In this document: piece by piece, positions 26,407 to 42,420 of the stretch
How the letters are laid out: every line of letters begins with the position of its first letter
Position numbering within the stretch: position 1 is the first letter of the stretch
NCBI RefSeq assembly: GCF_009914755.1
Contig: NC_060942.1
From: the human T2T-CHM13v2.0 reference genome, Homo sapiens
Direction: 5' to 3' (one strand)
DNA length: 64,000 bases
Made by a program: the position numbers and the translations under genes
Notes under the pieces: model-generated
Told to the model about the DNA's origin: nothing
The model's input: only the letters and a program-made list of their open reading frames with translations
Database searches by the model: none

Positions 26407-27915
26407 AATTATTGGTGAGAAAACAAAATTATTGGTGAGAAAATTAACACAGTCAAAACAGCTATTTAACCTTGTGCAGAAAAAATACTGTTTTAAAAAG
26501 CAGACATCTCACTGTGGTCTACTTTCCAATTGGTTGTCTGGCCATATACTGACTGAGGTACTGCATATGAAACCCTATATGAAAAATCATGTGGACTGGA
26601 GGGAATCCAAGAGACAGAAGTTGTGGTTCCTACAACCTGGTACTTCCTCCTCACCTAGATGGTTTTCCATAAGAAAAAAAAATTATGTCTTCCATTTCTT
26701 TGGCACTGTCTCTATTAAAGATCTCTGCATATTATGCCGAGCGCATATGGGCCATCAATGAATATAAATGGATTGAGTTTGTAAAGTTTAACTCAAATTT
26801 CAATCCCCAGTTTTTTCCACCCTCTGCCTTTCGATCTTTAGTCCTGTTACATTGAGGCCCAAGACTTAGGGTTGAATTGAAGTATCTCGGTCAGCAAGAG
26901 AAAAGGAGTTTTGACTTAAGAACTCAAGGCCTAGGAGAATGGGGTCACATGGTCACTTCACATGTTCTCTTTAGCACACCATTCCTGCATGGAATTCCAT
27001 CTCTGAAGCCCTTTGGTGGGGGGCTATCTTGTATGTGACAGTTTAAAGTAAAAGTGTCTGGAATGGAGTTTCCTACAGCCTTCAATTCCTCAAAATAGGC
27101 ATAAAAGAGTGCCAGACTCCTAACGTATTCTCAGGCTTCCAAGCCAGGCACCAAGATGGTTCACATCTACTCCTACAAGAAGCTCTCATTGAACCAGCAT
27201 CATTCTCTGAGAAAGAGGACCTTGCCTGCTTAGTTGGTAGGTGTCCCATACAAATTTTTGTTCAAGGACTCGTTAGGAAACATGATATGGTATACAAGTG
27301 AATTTCCTAGAAATTAAAAAACACAGCCATTCAAACAACCCTTCTTTTCTTTCATTCATGAAGTGTTTATTGAGTATTCACTGTGTGCTAAGCATTGTGC
27401 TAGGTACTTGGGACGTTGAATACAAATCAAGGTTCCTGTGCTCAAGCGAATCTCATTAACAATAACCTTTTTAAAAAATTTGGCTGATGTTTGTTGTCAA
27501 TTCTCCTGACAGAGATTATTTCCTCCTTACTTTCCTATAAAGCAAATGCTAAAATGAAATGAAGGCTCTTCTCCATAACTCATTATTAAATAAGACAAAA
27601 ATATCATAGACTACTAAATCTACAAAAACATAGAAATATCCTTGTATTTCTGTGTTTTTGTGTTGAATCTAGACAGGTTTTCTTTTATATCTCATACTAT
27701 CAGCTTCATTTCTTCCTAATGCCAGCACCTCTCATAACCCACTTGCTATTCAGGTTCTCCATATCTAGTCTTCTGTAAGTCTTGGGAACCATCTATGTCT
27801 AAATATGTTAGAAATGTGTGTCAAACAATGGCCAATAAAGTGCTGCTTGAAAGCCTAAGAAGAGAAGGTACATGAGCTTTAGTTATTGAAAAAATTCTGT
27901 CTGCCACCTTTTCTA

Positions 27916-31109
<3,194 letters not shown>

Positions 31110-31204
31110 CACCTTTTCTAATGACTAAATCTGGCTCAGTAGTTTTAATAAAGCCAAACATTCCAGGCCCAAGAACCCAAATCACGAAGAATGTAGAAAG
31201 AAGA

Positions 31205-31230
31205 AAAACAAACAAACAAACAAACAAAAA
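31205..31230. repeat. (AAAC)n simple repeat
   Basis: aaaacaaaacaaacaaacaaacaaaaa. Confidence 0.85.
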
Positions 31231-32689
31231 ACCTTGTTTAGGGTTTAGGTTTTTGAGCTGTCCCAGTTCTTAAGCTTTTGTGCTTCCCATCTAGGGAACA
31301 GAGAGGTATGGTAAAATCGTGATTTTGCTTGGGAAGGTGCTTTGAGTGTGAGGAAGCAAAGCTGCAATTTTGGACGTGGGAGAGACCTAAAGGGTTCATT
31401 TCACATGCATTCCCTCCACGAATTTCACTTTCCCCTCCTCATCACTGCAGAGCATTTCCTTACAAGCCTTCACTGAGGTTGGAGGGATGATTCTACAGTG
31501 GAGTGGCAAGTCTTAGAAACAGGGAGCTAGAAACACACAAAGACTAACTCTCAAGCACCTAAATTTATAGTCAAAAGGAAAAAAACCCCAGAGAGGTACA
31601 GACGCGACATGCCTGGGACAGCAAAGCTGGTTAGCAGCTGAAAAAGAGCTAAAACCAGCTCAGTGGTTTTTCTACTATACTGTGTAAGCAGGCCTCTGAG
31701 CTTCTTCATTTTATTTCACCAGAAACACTTGAGATCAAGGCCTCGTAAATTTAATCCTCTAATGAATAATAATAATAATAACAATGTAGACCCTTGAAAC
31801 AATAGCATGTCGGAAACTTTAGAGTTCATCTGGTCCAAATCTCACATTTTACAGATGCTCACTCAAGGTCAAGCAAGGGACAAGTTGAGCCTTCGTGGAG
31901 GATATGGGACATAGGCAAAGGGTTGAAAATAGAGCAAGAGTATATAAAATTATAAACCGAGGAACCTCAGAGATCATTATTCCAACCATGCATTAGATGA
32001 AAGGTGACCCTGAGATCACAGAGGAGAACTAACTAGTTCATGGATCAGTTAATGGTAGATTATTTTCAGCCCTATGTGCCATTGACTGCACCACAGGGCA
32101 TCTTTGTAGTCACTGATGGGAAGAAAAATACAACCTGCAAACATTAACATACTGTAAAATCTCAATTTACTGGAATTCTCAGGAAATGAGGCATTCTGGT
32201 TAAATGAATTAGCTGGTTAATGAGACCTAAGGTCTGGTGGATGTCTGTAATTCTTGCCCACTTTCCCATCTGCTGTGATACCTGATCCTTTGTGAAGAGG
32301 CAACCAAAAAGCTCTTTCTGTTTGTGCTCTGATGTTTGGAGATCTTTCCAAAACGTCAGATTCCCATTGTCTTTTTCTAGTCAGTCGCGTCTGGTGAGTA
32401 TCACTGCCCTTCATTTGCCGGGGAAGGAGCTTGTTAGCACTACATAACACTTGCTATTAATGACAAAGCTGGAGGAGATTATTTTACGTACCTCCATCAT
32501 TTCTGACAACTTTTCCAACTTGAGCTGAATGTGACAAATAGAAAGAGTTTGTTGGAAGCGTAATTGGTTTCTACCTTTTTCTGTCTGGAGTTTATGTGAT
32601 CAGAATAAAAGTTAAGGAATGAAGGTTCACTGAGCTTCTGCAGTACACAGGCTCCGTTACTCCGTAGCGTTCTTATTGAATTGTTCCGA

Positions 32690-32825
32690 CCATCCCGTGA
32701 GATATATATTTCCATCCTCATCTTACAGATGAGGAAGCTGAGGCTCAGGGAGGTTGAATAACTTGTCTAAGATTGTGCAAAGAAGGAATAATGGGGCTGG
32801 GATTGAACCTAGCTCTGAGTCCAGA
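32690..32825. mobile_element. MIR element
   Basis: catcttacagatgaggaagctgaggctcagggaggttgaataacttgtctaagatt. Confidence 0.8.
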
Positions 32826-33478
32826 GTTAGCAGAGACTGTGCAAGTGACTAGGAGTATGTTTCCAACTGTTTGAGTGAGCAAAAGGCCTGATGTTCGCAC
32901 TCTTGCATGGACACAAAATGAAAAAGCTTCATGGTTCTTAATCTTTCGGGGTCACTTTTTCTGCCTGAGCCTCAGTTTCCTCATTTGTAAAATAGGAAAA
33001 GGAAAGAAGTGAACCAGATCCCTACTTACTAAACAGTCTTTATCCCCTAGCCCTAGTGCCTCTCCTCTGCCATAGTTGGACTTGGAACTATAGGCAATGA
33101 AGAAGACAGATCTGTTTCTTGCCCTAAGGACATTTAATCAAAGGAACAACATGGCAATGAATGAGCAAGTAAAGATAAATAGATGAGATGGACTGTCAAC
33201 ATCTTAAGCCAATAGGATGCACATCAACTGTGAATAAAAAAGCCAGATGTTCTAGAGTTTTAACCTAAAAATACAGGGATATGAAGAACATTGACTTCCT
33301 TTTTCCTTCTTATTGTCCAGGAGGGCTTCTTGGAGGAGGTATTGTATTGCCTATGTGAGAGAAAACAGTCTGGAGAGCATGGTGGTTGTGCCCTGAGGTG
33401 GTGTCCAGCAATCTGTTAATGCTGAGAGATGGCTCTGAGACAAGAGTGGGGTGGGCTTGAACAAGAAAGCATAAAATG

Positions 33479-33939
33479 TGTATTAATTTCCCAGTACCTG
33501 GGTACTCTGACATTAACAAAGTTCCACAAACTAGGTGGCTTAAAACAACAGAAATTTATCCTTTCACAGTTTGGGAAGCTAGAAGTCTGAAATCAAGGTG
33601 TTGGCAAAGTTGGCTCCTTCTGAGGACTGTGCGGGAGAACCCATTCCATGCCTCTGTCTGGCTTCTGCTGATGGCCGGCAGTCCTTGGTGTCTGTTGGCT
33701 TGTGGATGCATCACTCTAACCTCTGCCTCTGTCTTCACATGGCCTTCTCTGTGTGTGTCTCTTCTTCTCCAGAGGACACCATTCATGTCAGATTAAGAGC
33801 CGCTCTTCTCCAGTATGATCTCATCTTAATTTAGATAATGACGTCCACAACAATCCATTGCCAAGTAAAGTCACATTCTCAGGTATTGGGGGTTGGGACT
33901 TAAACATATCTTTTGGGGGGCACAATTCAACCCATGACA
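33479..33939 (-). mobile_element. MLT1B/C MaLR solo LTR
   Basis: ccacaaactaggtggcttaaaacaacagaaatttat...ctgcctctgtcttcacatggccttct...aagtcacattctcaggtattgggggttgggact...acaattcaacccatgaca. Confidence 0.9.
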
Positions 33940-34226
33940 AAGCAAAAAAAGCTGCATATGAATGGCAGCAAAGACCCAAGGAGGTAAAAATATCCAGATT
34001 TGTCACATTGTAAGGGCAATGAAACTGGGAGCCTCCTGGGCTGCCAAAAGCAAATCAATCAAAGACATTCCCTGAAGCTGGTCTCAGCAGGGCCTGTCCT
34101 GAATGCTGGGTGTCCTGGGTGGGCATCCTTGCAGGCCTTCAAGGACCTTGTGGTCTAGCCAGGAGAACTGCATTTGCTAAACAATCATTCAGACCACAGT
34201 GCAAGAGCTCTCATCGGGTGGTTCGT

Positions 34227-34311
34227 CCCCCTCTCTCCCCTCCCTCCCTCCCTCCCTCCCTCCCTCCCTCCCTCCCTCCCTCCCTCCCTCCCTTCCTTCC
34301 TTCCTTCCTTC
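34227..34311. repeat. (CCCT)n/(CCTT)n polypyrimidine tract at an L2 tail
   Basis: Direct reading. It abuts caacaaatattta, the L2 3' end. Confidence 0.95.
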
Positions 34312-35180
34312 AACAAATATTTATAGACCACCATTATTTGCCAGGCACATTGTCCTAGGTATTCTCTTCTAGGTGCTGAAGATATACCAATGAATAAAAT
34401 AGACACAAAAGCAACAACAACAAAATACCTGCTCTCAGGAGCTGCTTACATACCAGCAGAGATGGGCAAATAAGTAAGAAACATAATAAATAAATCATAG
34501 AATAATTTTGAAGATTTTAGTGCTATGTAAAAGGAGACAAAAAAGAAAGCAGAGTAATGAAGTCTGGGAGTTCTGGGGGTTGAGCTATCAAGATAGACTT
34601 CAGGTTGACTTTTGACAAAGACGTGAAGAAGGCGAGGGAGTGAGCCATGCAGGTAACTGGGGAGGAGAGTCCTGGACAGGGAACAGAGCCAGCACAAAGC
34701 CCTAAAGTGGCAGTGTGCTGGCAGCAAAATGGCCAGTGTGTTCCCTGGGAAGTGAGCAAGTGGGGAGAGAGGTAGGAGGTGAGGTCAGAGAGGAACAGAA
34801 GACAGCTTTGTAGGATATTTAAGGACCGTAGCCTTTTTTCTGTGAAATGAGGAAGCCATTGGTGAATTTTGTTCAGAGGAGTGTCATGATTTGACCTACA
34901 TTTGGTTGGGATCATTGGCTGCTGGGTATAGAATAGACCGCATTGGCCACTGAAGGAAGCAAGAAGCAGATGGAAGCTGGTAGCAAGCATCCAGATAAGA
35001 GTTGCCCCTAACTGCAATGGGGAAATCTATGGAGCAGCAGGTTGGGAGATTGACCAGGAGTTGAGTTTTGGAGTAAAGGAAGGAGATGTAAAGGAGACAG
35101 TGGGATATACAGTTCTGGAGTTCAGCAGAGAGGTCTGGGTTGGAAATAAAAATGTGGTGCCATCAACAAATAGATGGTGT
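34311..35180 (-). mobile_element. L2 (L2a-like) 3' region
   Basis: caacaaatatttat...tgccaggcac...gagtgagccatgcag...gggaacagagccagcacaaagccct...tgaggtcagagag...gtgaaatgaggaagccattgg...ggagttcagcagagaggtctggg. Confidence 0.85.
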
Positions 35181-35181
35181 T

Positions 35182-36015
35182 TGTAGGAGTCATTTATCAC
35201 TGCATAATACATTACTCCCAGACTTAGAAACCTAAAGTAACACTCATTTGCTCACACAGTTTCTGAGGTCAGGAATGAGGGAGAAGCCTAGCTGGGTTTG
35301 CCAATGGAGTTTGTGAGTTCAAAAGCTCAGTGCCCTTCCATGCAGGTGGGACTTGCAAGGGCCTCATCTCAGAGCTGAGAATCAGATCAAATCCAGACCC
35401 TGCCTCTATCTCCATGTCAGCCAACCCTGCTGGAACCCAGCCAGGCAGCCTCATTGATCCCAGAAGATGCAGGAGAGCCTTTGAAATATGGTTGCCTCTT
35501 CCTGGGCCTGTTCCCCTTGCCCCCATGGTGTCATTTCCAAACCCACTACATTCCAATGGCTTTGGGATCTTTTAATTACATGGGACAAAACCTTGCTTTT
35601 GCTGGCTCTGGCTTAGAGTCTTTCGTGAGGTTTCAGTTAAGCTATTATCCAAGGCCACGGTCATTTCAAGGCTCGACTGGGACTGGAGAATCCACTCCTA
35701 ATCTCATCACCTGGTTGTTGGCAGGCCTCAGTTCCTGACTGGCTGCTGGCCCCAGGCTTCAGTTCCCCTGTGGGCTTCCCCGTAGGACTGCTGACACAAC
35801 ATAACAGCTTGCTTCCTCCAGAGTGAGTGACTCAACAAAGAAAGAGGGAAGAAGACAGAAGCCACAGTCTTTTTTATAACCTAATCTCAGAATTGACATA
35901 CCATCACTCTGCCATATGCTATTAGTCACACACATCAACCCTGCTACAATATGGGAAGGGCAGGAAACTGAATACCAGCAGGGACCACTGAGGGCAATCT
36001 TGAAGTCTGATTCTG
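35182..36015 (-). mobile_element. MLT1F-like MaLR LTR interrupted by a 306-bp non-repeat insert (35300-35605)
   Basis: ctcacacagtttctgaggtcaggaat...cctagctgggt | ctctggctt...tgaggtt.cagt...aaggctcgactggg...ggcaggcctcagttcct...cagagtgagtga...gaagccacagtc...ccatcactctgccata...gaataccag. Confidence 0.8.
35300..35605 (+). repeat. Local direct duplication D, derived copy inside the MLT1 (donor 36670-36997)
   Basis: gccaatggagtttgtgagttcaaa...tcagatcaaatccagaccctgcctcta...ctgggcctgttccccttgcccccatggtgtcatttccaaa...cattccaatggctttgggatcttttaattacatg...aaaccttgct.ttgctgg occurs twice, 1370 bp apart. Confidence 0.97.
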
Positions 36016-36669
36016 GTCATCATATTATTGCCATGAGATGAGAAGAAATGACCAAAGGTCCTTCTCCCCCTTCCCTTTTTTTTTTTTTTTTTTTTTTGCT
36101 TGCTTTCTTTCCTTCCTTCCTTCCTTTTGTCCTTTTTTGCTTTCTTTCCTTTCCCCTATTTATCTTGCATCCCTTCCTTCCTGCCACAGCTTTGCTGATC
36201 ACATACTATATGGCAGGCCTGTGTAAAGCCTATAAAGGTCAGAGAAGACTTAAACACATTCCTTGCTCATGAGAAGCCCATGGGGATAGAGAAGCAGTCA
36301 AGTAAAAAAATAACCACACCCAGCACTATAATGTTCCAAAAACTGGAGAGTCGAGGTCCTCTGGGAGCCCAGAGGAAAGAGCAATGGACTCTAGGTGGAT
36401 GCAGGGATTCAGGTGGGAATTCAGGGATTCAGGTGGGAATCTTCAGACAGAGCATGAGGTTGCTAAAGTGATGGCTTCTGGAAGAAAGTTGGGCAAGAAT
36501 AAAAGGATTATTGTACTTGTGAGGAAGATGAACACCAAGATCTTCTCCCCTACCCTGGGCTTAGGTTATGTCTATCTGTAAGACTATGTTACTTCCATGC
36601 TTCTAGAAACCCACCTGCCAGGACAGAGGATGCTCACTGCCATCACAGATGGCTGCCTGGACAGGCCAG

Positions 36670-36997
36670 GCCAATGGAGTTTGTGAGTTCAAAGGTCACT
36701 GCCCCTCCATGGAGGTGGGACTTGCAAGGGCCTGGTCTTAGAGCTGAGGATCAGATCAAATCCAGACCCTGCCTCTAGCCCCATGTCAGCCAGCTCTGCT
36801 GGAGCCCAGCCAGGCAACCCCATGGAGCCCAGGCAGGCAGCCCCATCGATCCCAGACCATGCAGGAGAGCCTTTGAAATACGGCTGCCTCTTGCTGGGCC
36901 TGTTCCCCTTGCCCCCATGGTGTCATTTCCAAATCCATTACATTCCAATGGCTTTGGGATCTTTTAATTACATGTGACGAAACCTTGCTGTTGCTGG
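36670..36997 (+). repeat. Local direct duplication D, donor copy with an internal ~23-bp tandem repeat
   Basis: Matches 35300-35605. ggagcccag.caggca.cccca occurs twice here and once in the other copy. Confidence 0.97.
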
Positions 36998-37648
36998 AAT
37001 TAGACGGCCTGTGTTGACGATTTATAGTCCTCAGCTTTCATGCAAGCAGGGTAATAAATAACATGAAATGGGCCCTTCAGTATTAAAAACTTCAGAGCTA
37101 CCCACTAAGCCATGACAGAAAGAAAAAAAATGAAAAGAGTAAAAAAAAAAAAAATTTAAAAAAAACAGTAATGTCTGTATCTCATGTGTTTAAAATACTG
37201 TATGTGAAACAGGGAATGTCAAAAATACGGGGTGCTGAGCAATAGGCAACTCGTAAAATTTTATCTCTGGTATGAGGATTTCCAACCATATAATGAGGTC
37301 TTTCCTTTCCTTTCTTTTTTTCTTTCTTTCTTTTTTAATCCTGGGCACTTTGTGCCTGATGAGGTGACTGAGAGGGCAGAGTGGCTGGGACACCTATTTT
37401 GCTGCTGCCCCAGATTTAATGGCAGGGTAAGGACTGAAGTGGGCAGGACCTCCCAGCCCCTACACCCCATTTGGACTCTCCTTCCTGGCCCCCTTGCCCA
37501 GCCACATCCTGTTCCTCGGGTCTGCTCCTGCTGTTCTCAGTTACTGGAGGACCTTCGCATTCCTTTCCATCCAGCCCCACATTCCCACCCCCAGTGCGCG
37601 GGGCTGCTGCTGAGCCTTACTCCAAATTCACCCTGTTGTGGGCAGTCA

Positions 37649-38014
<366 letters not shown>

Positions 38015-39279
38015 ATCTGCCAGGGTGGAAGCTCCCTGAGGGCTGGGGTGGGACATCTTCCCTCCCTTCTTTTCCCTCTTGCCACCTGGCACAGGGCTGG
38101 GCCTGCAGTAAAACTCTATGAAGTCTTGCCCTCGCCCTTAAGAAGCTAAGAATCAAGGATTCCATTGGGTTCCAACTCAGAGAGGCAAGAAATAGCCTGT
38201 GAAAGAGGGTGATGAGAGGGAAGGGGTGAGGCTGAAGGACAAGGAGGAATGTCTTATTTCAGCCCTTTGAGAAGAACACAAGCTCAGGATGCCTTAAGCA
38301 CAAGAGCCTCCTCCCAGGGCACCATGACAAATAGGAAGCTCAGAGTCTAGGGATCTAAGCCATTCAGGAGTCAGGGATAGTTTGTGCCCCTCAACAACAG
38401 GATTCTTTGTCTTCTTGCCAGTGGTTCTGCCACTCCCATGATTCAGCCATATGTGTGTATGTGTGTGTGTGCACACGTGTGCCCCTGTGCCCATATCTGC
38501 TGCCACTACTGACAGCATGATGAGCCCCTTATCAAGATTCGACTGGCCCACTGAAATCACATGGCCCCTTTGCTCCTTTAGACAAATCTCCCAAACCAAG
38601 ACCATCGCATTAGCCATCTGGCCAGCCTAGAGACAGGTTGCCTTTGAATCTGGTGCCCATCCTAGTCCATTCATCTGTCTCCAAAGAACAGGCTTACAGA
38701 CGTCAGCTTTGCTGCTCAGGTAAAAGGCATGGGCCAGACCTGTGTCTGTGGAACTGAGGAAGAACAGGCTTTCTTAGGGCTTCTAGTACAGAGTAGTTCA
38801 CAGAAATGGCTTAACTTGGGTTGAGCCTTAAAAGTTAGTTAAAATGTAACTAGGAAGATATCATTCTAGGCCTGAGCTAATGACTGACCTAAGAGCCAGA
38901 CCCAGCCCTGCCTGCTGGACATTAGACATTCAAGCCTTATGGATAAGGCAAGATCTAGATGTTCAAATCTGAACAAATGGGAGATAATTGGTAGGAGATA
39001 CAGAGGCAGGTCAGAGCCTATGAGGTCACTGCATTGTCTCTTTTCGCCTATGGCTGGGGCTTCATGAGATATAATTTCCAGATGGGCAGGTGTCAAGGAC
39101 ACCCTGTTTACTGTGTGTTCCCAATGCACAAAACAGGGTCTTGCACAAAATAGGTACTTGTGTGGTGAAGGAATTAGTAATGTTGAAAGACAGAGACCTC
39201 TTGCTGACAGCAGGCTAACTTCTTTGACAGCCATTACAAGGAGCATCTTTCCTAGGGGCTTGTTAGATGAAAGAGAGAG

Positions 39280-39281
<2 letters not shown>

Positions 39282-39323
<42 letters not shown>
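39282..39323. repeat. Poly(T)42 homopolymer
   Basis: Uninterrupted T run with no adjacent Alu or L1 body. Confidence 0.95.
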
Positions 39324-39326
<3 letters not shown>

Positions 39327-40209
39327 TTTGAGTTTCCTTGGCATCAACAATCAGAAAGTCTGGCTTAGGTTTTCAGCTCTCTTGCCTGAAATAGCCTCTA
39401 GCATTATCACAAAGGTATGTTTCCCTCCTTAATAATAACTTTCTGATCTCAATGGGCTTCTAATTCTCAGAGGGCATGGCTGAGAACTGCTATGAGTGCC
39501 TTTGGAAGGCCCAGGGGAACCCACGGTGGACGTCACGGCCAAAAGATTACTGCCGAGGACTGCATCTCAAGGAATGGGCAAGGGGAAGACAGAATCAGGC
39601 TAACTCAGCAATGCCAGTGTCTCAAGCATAAAAGGTATTCGAGTAGAATTTGGCAAAAAAATGGAGAAATGAAGAAGTTAGATTTAAGACACTGAAAGTG
39701 GTGTGCAGCAGAAAGCTTTGTGGTGATTTGTGTATTCTCTTTTCTCCGTGAAACTTCTGCAGTGGATAAACAATGATAGCATCCATAAAGATGTATCTTG
39801 TTTTATATAAGAAAAAAAGGATTCCTGAAAAATATTAAATAAAAATTGAATTTCATTTTCCCACTGACTTCCATTACTAAGTCTCAGAGGATCAGTGAAG
39901 TACTGTCTAGTAGATCTGGAAGGTACCCTAGAGGCTTAGCTCAAATCTCTTACTTCACAGATGAAGCATCTGAAACTGGGAGAGTCTATAGCAAAAGGGA
40001 GAACATGACAGTGAGGTTTCTGCAGTGGAAGGGAGCAGAGGCTGACGAGTATCCACCATTCGCTCATCTCACTACCCTCAAGGAGTTGGATGTGGCCTCT
40101 TATCCCTGGGCTGTTATTTATTTAATATTTACTATAATTTAATATTTTTATATAATCATTTTATTTTTAACTATTTACTTAGTATTTAATATTATTTAAT
40201 ATGCGTCTC

Positions 40210-40498
40210 TTTTTTTTGAGATGGAGTCTCACCTTGTTGCCCAGGCTGGAGTGCAGTGGCACAATCTTGACTCACTGTAACCTCCGCTTCCCGGGTTAAA
40301 GTGATCCTCCTGCCTCAGCCTCCCGAGTAGCTGGGATTACAGGTGCACACCACCACGCCCGGCTAGTTTTTGTATTTTTAGTAGAGATGGGGTTTCACCA
40401 TGTTGGCCAGGCTGGTTTCAAACTCCTGACCTCAAGTGATCTTCCTGCCCAGCCTCCCAAAGTGCTGGGATTACAGGCATGAGCCACTGCGCCCAGCC
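40210..40498 (-). mobile_element. AluSx/Sz
   Basis: Full reverse Alu (ctcctgacctcaagtgatc). Short TSD-like tg(c/t)gtct. Confidence 0.97.
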
Positions 40499-40499
40499 T

Positions 40500-40795
40500 G
40501 TGTCTTTAAATTGACTCACATTTTTTAAAATAATAGGCTTACCCAAGATAATATCTGTGGTATCAGGGTTTTAAGGGAAAAAAAATACACACATATATAT
40601 AAAATTATATTATCTTATATATTTAAATACACATCAAAATAGAAGCCAGCTAACTCAGTTGGTAGAGCATGAGACTCTTAAATACACATCAAAATAAATA
40701 TATGAACACTACAATACAAACTGTTCATCCATAGATGGCCTAAATTGTCTTGCTTACCACCAGTGGTATAAGTTTGTCCTTTGGAAAGTACTGGA
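40500..40795. mobile_element. Possible MER113-like hAT fossil (host of the tRNA half)
   Basis: cctaaattgtcttgcttaccaccagtggta...ctttggaaagtactg resembles a MER113 terminus as recalled. Degenerate. Confidence 0.35.
40645..40681 (+). pseudogene. tRNA-Lys(CTT) 5'-half retropseudogene (tailless)
   Basis: gccagctaactcagttggtagagcatgagactcttaa versus the tRNA-Lys-CTT 5' half GCCCGGCTAGCTCAGTCGGTAGAGCATGAGACTCTTAA. It ends in the anticodon loop and is flanked by the direct repeat (tt)aaatacacatcaaaata at 40623-40641 and 40678-40696. Confidence 0.92.
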
Positions 40796-40952
40796 CTAAT
40801 GACCTCTAAACTCCTTTCAGTATTAAGATTCTCTGATATTTGAAAAGAGCTTGTTTTGTGAGCATTGGCTACACCTGTAACCCTTTCCCTTTTTCTCTCT
40901 ACCTTCCTAAAACATGGCTCAGCTCAAACTCACCTCTCCCCCATGAAGGCAT

Positions 40953-41489
40953 TGGTACAGAAAAAAAGGAAACATGGCAGATATGAGACTGCTATCCCTA
41001 CAAAAGCCTGTTGCAGTGTTGGCCTTTGGCTGGTGTCAAGGAACTTGGATTTTAAGAGTGTTCCCACCGTTGCCTAACTGATAAGAGTGGCTCATTGTGC
41101 CTAAACTGTACAAACCACGTGGTTTATGCTAAACACCTATGTTCTGAAATGTTGGCAGGTGGAGGCAAAGGGTGGCTATGAGGCCAGCCCCAAGTAAAAA
41201 TGCTGGGCACTGAGTCTCTAATGGGTTTCCCTGGTGGATAGCACTTTACACTTATCACAACCCAATGTTGGACGAATTAAGCACATCTTATGTGACTCCA
41301 CTGGGAGAGGGTTCTAGAAACTTGTGCCTGATTTCCTCTGAAAGTCGCCCAATGCACCGTCCCCTTAGCTAATTTTGCTTTATATCCTTTAGCTGTAATA
41401 AATCTTAGCAATGAGTATGATAGTATACTGAGTCCTTTAAGTTCTTTAGTAAATCACTGAACTTCAGATGGTCTTGGGTACCCCACACA
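40953..41489 (+). mobile_element. MER68-like ERVL solo LTR
   Basis: tgagactgctatcc...cctaactgataagagtggctca.tgtgcctaaactgt...ctgggcactgagtctctaatggg...tgtgactccactgggagagg...ctgtaataaatcttagc...ggtcttgggtaccccacaca. Confidence 0.85.
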
Positions 41490-41779
41490 CAGCTTTCTTC
41501 TGTGATCATCCCAGCCTCCAATTTTCTTCCTATCCTGAATCCCTTCAGCAACTTACATATACATATAATCATTTAACTCTCCTGTTTGCTTTGTCAATTA
41601 GTGTATATACAGTACTAGTAATATATAGGATCTCTCTCCCACTCATTAAGTGTCTATATAACCAGGGACTTTTTCTTATACAACTTTCAATTGCATTCGT
41701 GTTTGTTCCTGATGTTGTCTTGTTCATAGTAATCATTCTAAGTTTCTTTATAAAAAACGACACAAAAACATCAAACTTT

Positions 41780-42420
<641 letters not shown>

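Noticed and set aside
26403-26443. 20-bp direct repeat aaattattggtgagaaaa (similar cases near 101-124, 11788-11827, 19285-19305 and 36402-36440)
   Set aside because: Two-copy slippage duplications with no spacers; not CRISPR-like.
35330-36977. Similar short peptides (AGEPLKYGCL...ALGSFNYM) suggesting a gene pair
   Set aside because: Fully explained by DNA duplication D; starts and frames are not preserved.
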